Assembly: GCA_965217775.1 (NCBI GenBank)
Contig: CBDCJH010000002.1
Coordinates: 736,001 to 800,000, forward strand
DNA from: Acidobacteriota bacterium
Lineage (GTDB): Bacteria; Acidobacteriota; UBA6911; RPQK01; JAJDTT01
Reading direction: 5' to 3'
Length of the DNA stretch: 64,000 nt
A program made the translations under genes and the position numbers. This document shows, piece by piece, positions 40,300 through 50,088 of the stretch (its first letter is position 1; each line of letters opens with the position of its first letter). The notes under the pieces are model-generated. The model was given only the letters and a program-made list of their open reading frames with translations, searched no databases and had not been told where the DNA came from.

Positions 40300-42827
40300 T
40301 CCCGGGTGATGAGCTCGTCCAGGTTCAGGAGCACGCTGGAGAGGAGGGTCCAGGCCGCGAGTTCCTGCGGATCTTCGTCCTCCGATTCCAGGGAAAGCAA
40401 TGTTTGGGCTTCCCGCGGGCGCCGTGCCAGATCATTCCTCTGGTGGTCCAGAAAGCGCTTCAACTGAGTGCTCTCCTCCGCGCTGGGCGGTCTCGACAGG
40501 CAGACGCGGAAGGTGTAGTCGATGCGTTCCGCGTCCTGGTCCGGGCCCTCCCTGAGCACCCGGCGGGCGAGGCCTTGGGCGAACTCGTAGAAGGCCTCGT
40601 CGTTGAGCAGGGTCAGCGCCTGCAGGGGCGAGGTGGAGCGGCTCCGCCGGGTGCAGGTGGTGATTCCGTTGGGACTGTCGAAGACCATCAGGGCGGGGTG
40701 GGGGGTGGAGCGCCAGAAATGGGTGTAGAGGCCGCGTCGAAACCGATCCTCACCTTGGCTGGCCACCCAGGATCGCTTGGAATGACCCAGACGGCTGCTC
40801 CCCTGAGGTTGGGGGGGGAAGACTGGAGGCCCGCCGAGGGCCCGGTTCCAGAGTCCGCTGGCAGCCAGGCAGACATCTCGCACCACCTCCGACTCCAGGC
40901 GCAGGCGGTGTTGCCGGGCCAGTAGCCGATTCGCCGGGTCCGCCTTGGCGGCATCCTCGCGATGGCGGGAGGACTGGCGATAGGTCGCCGAGGTGACGAT
41001 CAGCCGGTGGATCGCCTTCAGGCTCCAACCCTTGCGAATCAGTTCCGAGGCCAGCCAGTCCAGGAGCGCCGGGTGGGAGGGACGGGTCCCCTGAGTTCCG
41101 AAGTCGTTCTCGGTCTCCACCAGCCCGGCGCCGAAGTAGCGTTGCCAAATGCGGTTCACGGTGACTCGGGCGGTGAGAGGATGTCCCGGGTCCACCAGCC
41201 ATCGCGCCAAGTCCATCCGGTCGGGCCTGGACTGGGCCGTCAGCGGAGGCAGGACGGCGGGCACGTCCGGTTGAACGGTATCTCCCCGGCGGGTGAACTC
41301 GCCGCCCAGATGGATGTAGGCCTCCCGGGGCTCCGGCAACTCCTTCATCACCAGGGTGCTGGGCAACTTCGGTTCGGCCTGCTTCAGGGAGTCGATGCCG
41401 GCCTTCCGGGTCGCATGGCCCAGATCCTGCTCCTTGTAGAGCAGATGGAGGGTCTTGAGCTGAATCTCGTTCCGCTCTTCGGCGGGCAGCGCCAGAATTC
41501 TCTGAATTTCGGGCGGGTACTCGCGCCGCCGCTCCGGGGCCAGTTCCTGCTCCCATTGCGGCAAACGGGCGAGAAGCTCTTTTTCGTAGGTCTGCAGCTC
41601 CTCCTCCAGGAGCCCCAACTGACTCCGGATGATGTCTCGCCGGGCGAACTCTTCGTCGCTTCCGAGCTCCAGAAAGGGCCAGTGCCGGGGCCGGTCCGTC
41701 TCTTCCAGTTCGGGGCTCCTCTCCTCGATGTTGTTGAAGAAGGAGTAGAGCTGGAAGAATTCCTGCTGAGAGACGGAATCGTACTTGTGGTCATGGCAGC
41801 GGGCGCAACCGACGGTCAGACCCAGAAAAGCGGCTCCGGTGGTCGCGACCCGGTCCACGACGCGCTCGACGCGATATTGCTCCACGTCGATGCCCCCCTC
41901 CTGGTTCAGGAGCGTATTCCGGTGGAATCCGGTGGCGACGATCTGTTCCTTGGAAGCATCCGGAATCAGGTCGCCCGCCAACTGCTGGATGGTGAACCGG
42001 TCGAACGGCAGATCGCGATTCAGGGACCGGACCACCCAGTCGCGGTACATCCAGATCTGACGGGATCCGTCGGAGAATCCGTCCGAGTCGGCGTAGCGGG
42101 CCACGTCCAGCCAGTGCCGGCCCCACCGCTCTCCATAGTGGGGTGAGGCGAGCAGGCGTTCCACGAGCCGCTCGTAGGCGCCGGGGCGAGTGTCCTCCAG
42201 GAAACGGTCGACGGCGGCCGGTGAGGGAGGCAGACCCAGGAGATCCAGGCTGAGGCGGCGCAACAGCGTGATCCGGGAGGCTTCCGGGGACGGTTCCAGA
42301 CCCTCCGCCTCCAACCGCTGCAAGATGAACCGGTCGATGGGAGTGCGGACCCACCGCGCATCGGACACCTGGGGCGGCGCGGGACGCCGGACGGGTTGGA
42401 AGGACCAGTGACCGCCCTTGCCGGAATCGCCCGGCTCGTCCCAAGGTGCTCCCAGGGCCACCCATTGACGCAGTGCGCGGATCTCCGCCTGGGGCAGCTT
42501 TCCGCCCGGAGGCATATTCAGATCGGACGAATGAGCCAACGCCTGGATCAGCCGGCTCCGCTCCGAGTCTCCGGGCAGAACGGCGGGACCCCGGCTTCCC
42601 CCCGTCAGGATCTCCGAGCGGCTCTCGATCGAAAGTCCGCTGCTGCGAACCTTCTGGTTATGGCAGGACAGACAGCGGTTCTGGAGTATCGGCTGGACCG
42701 TCTCCCGGAAGAGCAGCGACCCGTCGGCCGTTGCGTCTTCCCCGAGCTGGCCCATCAGAGGACAGACGGCCAGGATCAGGGTGAGGAGGGTGCCGGATCG
42801 ACCTTTCATGATGGGAGCCAGCGCCAT
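40296..42827 (-). CDS. PSD1 / planctomycete cytochrome c protein (DUF1549/DUF1553)
   Basis: CLSCH, YGERWGRHWLD, CARCHDHKYD, PLQALTLLND, NLDELITRE. Confidence 0.92.
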   Translation of the reverse strand: MALAPIMKGRSGTLLTLILAVCPLMGQLGEDATADGSLLFRETVQPILQNRCLSCHNQKVRSSGLSIESRSEILTGGSRGPAVLPGDSERSRLIQALAHSSDLNMPPGGKLPQAEIRALRQWVALGAPWDEPGDSGKGGHWSFQPVRRPAPPQVSDARWVRTPIDRFILQRLEAEGLEPSPEASRITLLRRLSLDLLGLPPSPAAVDRFLEDTRPGAYERLVERLLASPHYGERWGRHWLDVARYADSDGFSDGSRQIWMYRDWVVRSLNRDLPFDRFTIQQLAGDLIPDASKEQIVATGFHRNTLLNQEGGIDVEQYRVERVVDRVATTGAAFLGLTVGCARCHDHKYDSVSQQEFFQLYSFFNNIEERSPELEETDRPRHWPFLELGSDEEFARRDIIRSQLGLLEEELQTYEKELLARLPQWEQELAPERRREYPPEIQRILALPAEERNEIQLKTLHLLYKEQDLGHATRKAGIDSLKQAEPKLPSTLVMKELPEPREAYIHLGGEFTRRGDTVQPDVPAVLPPLTAQSRPDRMDLARWLVDPGHPLTARVTVNRIWQRYFGAGLVETENDFGTQGTRPSHPALLDWLASELIRKGWSLKAIHRLIVTSATYRQSSRHREDAAKADPANRLLARQHRLRLESEVVRDVCLAASGLWNRALGGPPVFPPQPQGSSRLGHSKRSWVASQGEDRFRRGLYTHFWRSTPHPALMVFDSPNGITTCTRRSRSTSPLQALTLLNDEAFYEFAQGLARRVLREGPDQDAERIDYTFRVCLSRPPSAEESTQLKRFLDHQRNDLARRPREAQTLLSLESEDEDPQELAAWTLLSSVLLNLDELITRE

Positions 42828-42938
42828 TTTGGGCCAAGGCGGTGCCGTCTGGCAAGAATCCGTGTGGATCCGGTACCTGGGTGAAGGCCAGGACGTTCTC
42901 TCCAGGCCGCTTTCCCACGCGAATCCTGAGACATCCCA

Positions 42939-44120
42939 TCAGGACGGGTGTTTTTCCAATACTAGCCGGTAGCACTGCAACCAGTTGCGCAGGAAGCAGT
43001 GCGCCGATCCCCACAGGTAGAGTCGAAAACGCCGGTATTCGGCCTCGCCGAATTTCTCGATGATGGATTCCTTATTGGAGTCGAGGCGCTTGGCCCAACC
43101 GACGCAAGTCCAGTAGTAGCTGATCCGGTCGTCCCAGACACCCTTCAAATCGAACGGAAAAGACGCCATCGACTTCAGAAAATCGTGGAGCACGAGAAAC
43201 GAATTATTGCCAGGGTAGATCTGCCGCGTAATGAACGACGACATCTCGTACTTCCGGCTACAGGCGCCGGCGTCGATAAAGACCCGGCCGCCCGGTTTCA
43301 GCAACCGGTCAATGCGCGCCAATACCCGCGGGTAGTCGGGCATGTGCTCCATGATTCCCAGCACCACGACGGCGTCGAACTGTTTCTCCGACTCGAACTC
43401 CAGGAAATCGCACATCAACGTGGTTATCGGCAGATTCTCCTCGGCGGTCAGCCGATTCATGAAATCGAGCGAATGCCTGGAAATCGTGACGCCCGTAATT
43501 TCGATCCCCTTGCGCGCCGCGTACGCCGCGAATGCGCCCCAGCCAGGACCGACTTCCAGCACCTGGCTGCCGGGAGCCAATCGGCATTCTTCGACGACAC
43601 AATCCATCTTTCGACGAAACGCCACCTCGAGGTCCTCGTCCGGCGACAGGAAGACGCCCTGGGTGTAGCAATGGAAACTCTCGTCCAGGAAAGTCAGAAA
43701 GAACTCCGAATCCCGCTCGTAGTGCCGGACGATGGTCGACTTGTTGACTGCGACCTGTCCCATTAATAGGGGTGCGATGAACCGCCAGAGCCAATGCAAG
43801 GGGTGCCGGTCATGCAACTGCTCACGTAGATCGAAGATCTTGATGAAGTCGCCCTCGACGTCGAACCTGCCGTCGACATAGGCCTGTCCAATCGTTCCCT
43901 CGTCGAGCGAGGCGATCGCCTTCAACGCCGACGGATGCGTGATGTTCACCCTGAAGCTGGCGGGACCGGCGCCGAAACGGTGTGTATTCCTGTCATGGGT
44001 GGTCATCTCGAAACCGATGGCGCTGTCTTGCAACCGTCTCTGCATGTACTTCAATAACCAGGCATTTCTGCGAGATCCGGCGAATGGCGCCGCGCCTGCC
44101 GCTGATACGTCCGTTGTCAT
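42939..44120 (-). CDS. cfa: Cyclopropane-fatty-acyl-phospholipid synthase-like SAM methyltransferase
   Basis: GQAYVDG..DVEGD, HYE, LEVGPGWG, GIMEH, IYPG, YRRFRLYL. Confidence 0.82.
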   Translation of the reverse strand: MTTDVSAAGAAPFAGSRRNAWLLKYMQRRLQDSAIGFEMTTHDRNTHRFGAGPASFRVNITHPSALKAIASLDEGTIGQAYVDGRFDVEGDFIKIFDLREQLHDRHPLHWLWRFIAPLLMGQVAVNKSTIVRHYERDSEFFLTFLDESFHCYTQGVFLSPDEDLEVAFRRKMDCVVEECRLAPGSQVLEVGPGWGAFAAYAARKGIEITGVTISRHSLDFMNRLTAEENLPITTLMCDFLEFESEKQFDAVVVLGIMEHMPDYPRVLARIDRLLKPGGRVFIDAGACSRKYEMSSFITRQIYPGNNSFLVLHDFLKSMASFPFDLKGVWDDRISYYWTCVGWAKRLDSNKESIIEKFGEAEYRRFRLYLWGSAHCFLRNWLQCYRLVLEKHPS

Positions 44121-44129
44121 GATGAACCT

Positions 44130-44465
44130 CTATTCTCCGTACATCTCCGTGATAATGCGCCGGAGCTGGCCCGCTTCCCCGGCGGACAACCGGTCGAGCC
44201 TGTTCCCCAGTCGCTGTTTGCTGATGGCCCGGATCTGGTCGACTGCAATTTCAGCCCTCTTTCCCTCATATCTAATCTGTAGGCGGCTCCGCCACTGAGG
44301 AGGTAGTGTGGAAGTCAGAGGACACACGACAATCTTATCCAGAAACTGATTCAATTGGTTTTGACTAACCACCACGACGGGCCGCACCTTGCGGATCTCG
44401 CCACCCAGTGTGGGATTGAGGGCGGCAAAGAAGATGCCGTATCGCCTGGGAAAGCTCGCCGTCAA
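44130..44465 (-). CDS. mazF: PemK/MazF toxin
   Basis: LNPTLGGEIRKVRPVVVVS, VCPLTS, DQIRAISKQRL. Confidence 0.88.
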   Translation of the reverse strand: MTASFPRRYGIFFAALNPTLGGEIRKVRPVVVVSQNQLNQFLDKIVVCPLTSTLPPQWRSRLQIRYEGKRAEIAVDQIRAISKQRLGNRLDRLSAGEAGQLRRIITEMYGE

Positions 44466-44717
44466 TCCAGACCGTCAGCGACAGTTGAGTCCAGATCACT
44501 CCAATCTTCATCATCGCGAGCCATGGCGCGATAGGTGTCCTCCCAGGACAGCTTGTTCCCTTCTTTGCCATGCAGCACGATGCCGTCCTCCCTTTCCTCC
44601 AGGATGAGCGAGCCGCTCCACCCGTATTTTTCGCAACAGTACTTTTGGAAGGCGGATGCCCTGGGAGTTGCCGATGGCGATCAATTTCACCTCTCTTGCG
44701 ACTGCTGCTCTGCTCAA
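44462..44717 (-). pseudogene. mazE: AbrB/MazE antitoxin with +1 frameshift
   Basis: KLIAIGNSQGIRLPK; removing one base from the T5 run at 44627-44631 restores KYGWSGSLILEERED...STVADGLD* overlapping the toxin start. Confidence 0.78.
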
Positions 44718-44902
44718 TTTCGCGACCTCCGTCGAGTCGTGGCGGCAGGGACTTACAGTAATTACTTGTATGAATTCTGTCTAACCTTCAGGTTGCAGGA
44801 TTTTCCCATTTTTCTGGCAGTTCGGGAGAACAGGGGAAGCAGCGTTAGACGAGGATCGCGACGAAGCGGTCCCAATCCCGTGCTCCGGCCTCACCGGAGC
44901 GA

Positions 44903-44985
44903 CGTGGGGGCACCCCTGAGGGTGCCCGCTTACGTCCCAACCTCCGTGGCTGGCGGAGTAGGGCGACCACAAGGTGTCGCCCTAC
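44903..44985. repeat. GTAG-type REP-like doublet
   Basis: gtgggggcacccctgagggtgccc ... gtagggcgaccacaaggtgtcgccctac. Confidence 0.6.
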
Positions 44986-45280
44986 TCCCATGCATGGAAA
45001 ATTCGACCGACTCCACCAATTCAGTCAGAAACCGATCCAGCTCGTCGTCTGCTCGGCCGTGCAATCGGGTGATTCGGGGACGCCGCAATACGGTCGAGTC
45101 TTCCGCGAGCAGCGCGCTTGACATCAGATAAAGAAGATCGCCATCCAGCATGGCGTCCAGGATACGTGTGGGGGGGCTGTTGGGGTCGGCTCCGATGAGC
45201 CCGGACACGATGACGCTGGTGTCCACGACGAAGACCTGCCTTGCCGTCGGATCTGTTGGGCCCCGCGCACCTGCCCGCAT
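44930..45280 (-). pseudogene. PIN-family toxin, 3'-truncated
   Basis: VFVVDTSVIVSGLI...VLRRPRI; PIN-like sequence stops near 45000 at the REP doublet, so the C-terminal acidic motifs are missing. Confidence 0.65.
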
Positions 45281-45292
45281 GCACTGACTCAG

Positions 45293-45532
45293 CTATCGTC
45301 CTTCGCGGTGAAGCCGAGTTTCCTTCACCGCCACGATCGTTGCCTCCTCATCTTTCAGTCTGGAATGAGCCCGTGCCCTGGCGACAATCTCTCTGGCGGT
45401 GTCGTAAGTCTGAAGGCCCCGAAGTACCAGGCTTTCTTCGATGATTGAACCCATGGAACGCTGCTGGCGTGCGGCGGCTTCCTTTAACGCGCGGTGGGTG
45501 CGGTCGGTGAGGCTGATGGTCAGTCGGGGCAT
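45293..45532 (-). CDS. Ribbon-helix-helix antitoxin
   Basis: MPRLTISLTDRTHRALKEAAARQQRSMGSIIEESL; directly upstream of the PIN gene. Confidence 0.75.
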   Translation of the reverse strand: MPRLTISLTDRTHRALKEAAARQQRSMGSIIEESLVLRGLQTYDTAREIVARARAHSRLKDEEATIVAVKETRLHREGR

Positions 45533-45629
45533 ATTTTGGTCTGCATACTTACGGTGTGATGAGTGAACACTTTCACACAATTATACCAACATCCGTGGTG
45601 ACATCTACCCGACGTCATCTTCGGCTTAA

Positions 45630-45787
45630 CAGTCCGTGGTGAAAGTCCCGCGAGCACCGAGACCGTTCCTGCGCCCGCCGGACAAGGCGCGATTCGGGTG
45701 CATACCGGGAGTATGTGCCCGAATCGCAACGCCGTCCGCCGGGATGCAGGGACGGTCGAATGCCGTGATGACTTTTGCCACGGGCTG
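45630..45787 (+). mobile_element. 158-bp MITE, family A copy 3
   Basis: Perfect 4-bp TSD ttaa (45626-45629 and 45788-45791); appears identical to copy 1. Confidence 0.92.
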
Positions 45788-45911
45788 TTAAGGCTGAAAG
45801 CACGATGAAAAAGCCATCCTCGGTGCTACTGGTTCGTCGTCCAAGAGAATTCGATCCTTCCGGCGGAGGACACCCGGATCTGCGACAATGCTCCACTCTG
45901 GAGGCAAGTTC

Positions 45912-47414
45912 ATGAGAACAGGACCGATAGTCATCATTCTCGCTGCTCTGTTGTTTGGTTCGACGGCGTCGTTGACCGGCAGCAGCCACAAGACGGCGGC
46001 CGACCCCATCGAGATCGGCTCCCGCCTGGAGCCCTTCGTCGACGACTTTCTGATCGAGAGCATGAGCGGCGGCCTCTCCCTGCGCCTGCACCGGCCCCGG
46101 CTTACCGAGCCGGTTCTAAAGTTCGATGCCCCCTGGGAAGGACCGGGCAATCACTACATCACCGTCTTCAAGGATGGGGACCTCTACCGCATGTACTACC
46201 GGTGCGTGCGGGCCGGAGACATGCCGGCCAGCGGCAAGGGGTGGCCCATGAACACGTGTTATGCCGAGAGCCGCGACGGCACCCGTTGGACCCGGCCCAA
46301 GCTGGGTCTGGTCGAATTCGAGGGGAGCAAGGAGAACAACATCATCCTGACCGGGCCCCCAGGGGACTGGGGCAGCCCCACCAGCAACTTCTTCGCCTTT
46401 CGGGACACCAATCCGCAAGTGGCGCCGGAGGAACTCTACAAGGGAGTCGGGGGCATCAACCGCGGGCTCTACCTGCTCGTTTCCGCCGACGGGATCCACT
46501 GGAAGGCCAAGGGCAGCGGACCCTTCATGAAGCACGACATGTCCACGGTCCCCATGATCAACGGGTTCGACAGCCACAACGTGATCTTCTGGGACGCCGG
46601 ACGGGAGCGTTACCAGGCCTATCTGCGGGACATGTACCTGTCGCCGGGGCTCGGCGAGCGGACCCGCAGCGTCCGGGTGACGACCTCCGACGACTTCGTC
46701 AACTGGAGTTACCCCGATTGGATCGACATGGGAGAGGCGCCGCCGGATCAGCTCTACACCTTCTCCGCGACCCCTTACTTCAGGGCGCCGCACATCTATA
46801 TGGCCTTTCCCAAGCGATTGATGAAGTACCGCCGTTCCGAGCTGCCCGAAAAATACGATGCAACGCGTGGAGTCGGCCTCTCCGATACCGTGTTCATGTT
46901 CAGCCGCGGCGGCGCGAACTGGGACCGGCGCTATCTGGAGGGCTTCGTCCGTCCCGGATCGGATCCCCTCGACTGGACCGACCGGAGCAACTACGTGGCC
47001 GCCGGGCTGGTGCCCACCGGGTCCGATGAGATGTCCGTGTATGTCCTGCGGCATTTCCGGCTCCCCAGCATCCACCTGCGCCGGGGAGTCCTGCGCGCCG
47101 ACGGCTTCGTCTCCGTCAACGCTTCCTACCGGGGCGGGGAACTGGTGACGCGGCCCCTGGTCTTCCAAGGCAAGAACCTGATCGTGAACTACGCCACTTC
47201 CGCGGCGGGAAGCGTTCGAGTGGAGATTCAGGACGAGGCGGGAAATCCCTTGCCCGGATACGGTCTGATGCAGGCCGTGGAGCATTACGGAAACAGCATC
47301 GAGCAGGTCGTCACCTGGGACCGGGGTTCGGACCTGTCCCATCTGGCCGGCAGCCCCGTACGGCTGCGGATTCTGATCCGGGACGGCGATCTCTATTCGA
47401 TTCGCTTCAAGTGA
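45912..47414 (+). CDS. Secreted five-bladed beta-propeller glycoside-hydrolase-like protein
   Basis: Signal peptide; DAPWEG, YAESRDG..W, SADGIHW, FDSHN, LRADGFVS. Confidence 0.7.
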   Translation: MRTGPIVIILAALLFGSTASLTGSSHKTAADPIEIGSRLEPFVDDFLIESMSGGLSLRLHRPRLTEPVLKFDAPWEGPGNHYITVFKDGDLYRMYYRCVRAGDMPASGKGWPMNTCYAESRDGTRWTRPKLGLVEFEGSKENNIILTGPPGDWGSPTSNFFAFRDTNPQVAPEELYKGVGGINRGLYLLVSADGIHWKAKGSGPFMKHDMSTVPMINGFDSHNVIFWDAGRERYQAYLRDMYLSPGLGERTRSVRVTTSDDFVNWSYPDWIDMGEAPPDQLYTFSATPYFRAPHIYMAFPKRLMKYRRSELPEKYDATRGVGLSDTVFMFSRGGANWDRRYLEGFVRPGSDPLDWTDRSNYVAAGLVPTGSDEMSVYVLRHFRLPSIHLRRGVLRADGFVSVNASYRGGELVTRPLVFQGKNLIVNYATSAAGSVRVEIQDEAGNPLPGYGLMQAVEHYGNSIEQVVTWDRGSDLSHLAGSPVRLRILIRDGDLYSIRFK

Positions 47415-47489
47415 CGTCATGAAGGTCTTGTCGCGGTTGACTTTTGACGATGAATCCATGTAGGAACTAGCTCAGTCGGGAATAGTCTC

Positions 47490-50084
47490 TTGAAGCATTT
47501 CAACCTCCTAGTTCTGGTCTTTTCCTTGCTGTCGTTCGGTCTGGCGGCACCACAATCGTCCGACCTGCCGCCGCCAGCCGAAAAGACCGTCGATTTTTCC
47601 AGGGACGTTGCGCCGTTGCTGGAGAGTCGCTGCCATCTCTGTCACGGCCCGCAACAGCAGATGAAGGGTCTGCGGCTGGACCGGGCCGAGGACGCCCTGC
47701 GGGGAGGCGAGTCAGGCACTGTGATTCGACCCGGCGACAGTGCCGGGAGCCGGCTCATCCAGCTCGTCGCCGGCGTGATCCCGGGTCAGGTCATGCCACC
47801 TGGAGGGACTGGACTCACTTCCGGCGAGGTCGGACTCCTGCGCGCCTGGATCGATCAGGGTGCCCGCTGGACGGAGCTGGAGGCCGACGCGGACGCGGAT
47901 CCGGATACGAGAGCCGAGTCTTCACACTGGGCATTCCGGACCCTGGTTCGGCCGGTTCCGCCGGCGGTGAAAGACTCGTCCTGGATCCGGCATCCGGTGG
48001 ATCGGTTCGTCCTGGCCAAATTGGAAGCCGAGGGCGTCGAGCCTTCACCGGAGGCGGACCAGGCGACCCTCCTGCGGCGCCTCAGCCTGGACCTCACCGG
48101 GCTCCCTCCCACGCTCGGCGATCTGGACGGGTTTCTGGCGGAGGAGAACGAGACAGCCTATGAGACTGCCGTCGACCGCCTTCTGGAGTCGTCCCACTTC
48201 GGCGAGAAATGGGCACGCCATTGGCTGGACTTGGCCCGGTATTCCGACAGCGACGGTTACCGCCAGGACGACTTCCGGGCCCATGCCTGGCGCTATCGCC
48301 ACTGGGTCATCCAAGCCCTGAATAAGGACCTGCCCTTCGATCGCTTCACCCTGGAGCAGATCGCCGGGGACCTTCTCCCGGACGGCGGAATCGAGTCCAA
48401 GGTGGCCACGGGGTTTCACCGCAACACGCCCAGCAACCGGGAAGGCGGAACCAACATGGTGCGGTTCCGCTTCGAGCAGGTGGTCAACCGGATCAACACC
48501 GTGGGGACGGTCTGGTTGGGACTCACGGTGGGATGTGCTCAATGCCACGATCACAAGTACGATCCCTTGAGCCAGCAGGATTATTACCGGCTTTTCTCCT
48601 TCTTCAATGACGCGGAAGAGGTGAACATCGATGCTCCTTTGCCGGGGGAGATGGGCCCCTATCTGCGGGAAGTGGTTTCGTATCGGAAGCAACGAGCCGA
48701 GTTGCTGGCCGAATACCGCGTCCCCGAGCTCCAGCCGGCGTGGGAGGCCAAGCTGCTGGAGGCCATGGCCCATCCAGGCCGGTGGCAGAACTGGGACAAG
48801 GCAGTGGGGACGGTCCGAGTCGGCGACATGCACCCGGTGTACGGGATGGGGGAGAAGATCCTCCGAAAGGACCCGTCGGAACGGAGCGAGAAGGAAGCCA
48901 AGATCATCACCGAGCACTTCGTTCGGTACTCCAGCCAAGTGGTGCCCAAGAAGGTCTACGAGGAGAAGCTCAAGTTTGGAGAGTTGCTGAAGAAGCTCAA
49001 GGAGCTGGACGCCAAGTTTCCGGCTCTGAGCCAGGCCCAGACCATTGCCACCGAGGCGGAGGGCCGTGCCAACCATATCCACGTCCGCGGCGAGTTCAAC
49101 CGCACGGGGGAACCGGTCGAGCCCGGAGTGCCCGGATTTCTGCACCCGGAGCCCGACAATGCCTCCCGGCCCAGGATCCGGCTGGCCAAGTGGATCACCA
49201 GTCCCGAGAATCCCCTCACGGCCAGAGTGGCGGTGAACCGCCTCTGGCAGGAGCTGTTCGGACGGGGAATCGTTGTCACCACAGAGAACTTCGGGACGCA
49301 GGGTGAGAAACCGTCCCATCCCGAACTTCTGGACTGGCTCGCCAGGGATTTCCGCGAGAACGGCTGGAGCCTGAAGGGCGCCATCAAGACCATGGTCATG
49401 TCCGCCGCCTACCGGCAGTCCTCGGCGGTCCGGCCGGACCTTCAGGCGCGGGACCCGGACAACGTCCTGCTGGCGCGCCAGGTGAGGATGCGTTTGCCGG
49501 CGGAGTTGATCAGAGATTCGGCTCTCGCGGTGAGCGGTCTGTTGAATCCTGCCGTAGGGGGAAAGAGCGTTCGTCCGCCCCAGCCCGGGGGGAAGATGCA
49601 GCGGAGGAAGTGGGTGGAGAGCGAGGGGCAGGACCGCTACCGCCGCGGCCTCTACATCCAGTACCAGCGCATGTTCCCCTATCCGTTCCTGGCCAACTTC
49701 GACATGCCGGGCGGTTATGACGCCGTGTGTCGCCGGGGCCGGTCCAACTCTCCGTTGCAGGCATTGAATCTGCTCAACGACGAGGTTTTCTTCGAAGCCG
49801 CACAGGCGCTGGCGTTCCGGATTCTGGCGGAAGGACCCGCCGACCCTCGGGAGCGCCTGGAGCACGCCTTTCGGCTCTGTCTTGCCCGATCACCGGCCTC
49901 CGAGGAACTGGAGTGGTTGGAAACGGCCATGCGCCGCCAGTCAGAGATTCTGGAGCAGGAGCAGGAGCTGGCGCGGTTGAGCCTGCCCGTGGAGTTTCCC
50001 GGAATCGCTCCGGAAGAGGCGGCCTCCTGGGTCGGCGCCAGCCGGATTCTCTTGAACCTGGACGAGTTCATCACGCGGGAGTAG
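47490..50084 (+). CDS. PSD1 / planctomycete cytochrome c protein (DUF1549/DUF1553)
   Basis: CHLCH, GEKWARHWLD, CAQCHDHKYD, NLDEFITRE. Confidence 0.92.
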   Translation: MKHFNLLVLVFSLLSFGLAAPQSSDLPPPAEKTVDFSRDVAPLLESRCHLCHGPQQQMKGLRLDRAEDALRGGESGTVIRPGDSAGSRLIQLVAGVIPGQVMPPGGTGLTSGEVGLLRAWIDQGARWTELEADADADPDTRAESSHWAFRTLVRPVPPAVKDSSWIRHPVDRFVLAKLEAEGVEPSPEADQATLLRRLSLDLTGLPPTLGDLDGFLAEENETAYETAVDRLLESSHFGEKWARHWLDLARYSDSDGYRQDDFRAHAWRYRHWVIQALNKDLPFDRFTLEQIAGDLLPDGGIESKVATGFHRNTPSNREGGTNMVRFRFEQVVNRINTVGTVWLGLTVGCAQCHDHKYDPLSQQDYYRLFSFFNDAEEVNIDAPLPGEMGPYLREVVSYRKQRAELLAEYRVPELQPAWEAKLLEAMAHPGRWQNWDKAVGTVRVGDMHPVYGMGEKILRKDPSERSEKEAKIITEHFVRYSSQVVPKKVYEEKLKFGELLKKLKELDAKFPALSQAQTIATEAEGRANHIHVRGEFNRTGEPVEPGVPGFLHPEPDNASRPRIRLAKWITSPENPLTARVAVNRLWQELFGRGIVVTTENFGTQGEKPSHPELLDWLARDFRENGWSLKGAIKTMVMSAAYRQSSAVRPDLQARDPDNVLLARQVRMRLPAELIRDSALAVSGLLNPAVGGKSVRPPQPGGKMQRRKWVESEGQDRYRRGLYIQYQRMFPYPFLANFDMPGGYDAVCRRGRSNSPLQALNLLNDEVFFEAAQALAFRILAEGPADPRERLEHAFRLCLARSPASEELEWLETAMRRQSEILEQEQELARLSLPVEFPGIAPEEAASWVGASRILLNLDEFITRE

Positions 50085-50088
50085 TCTC

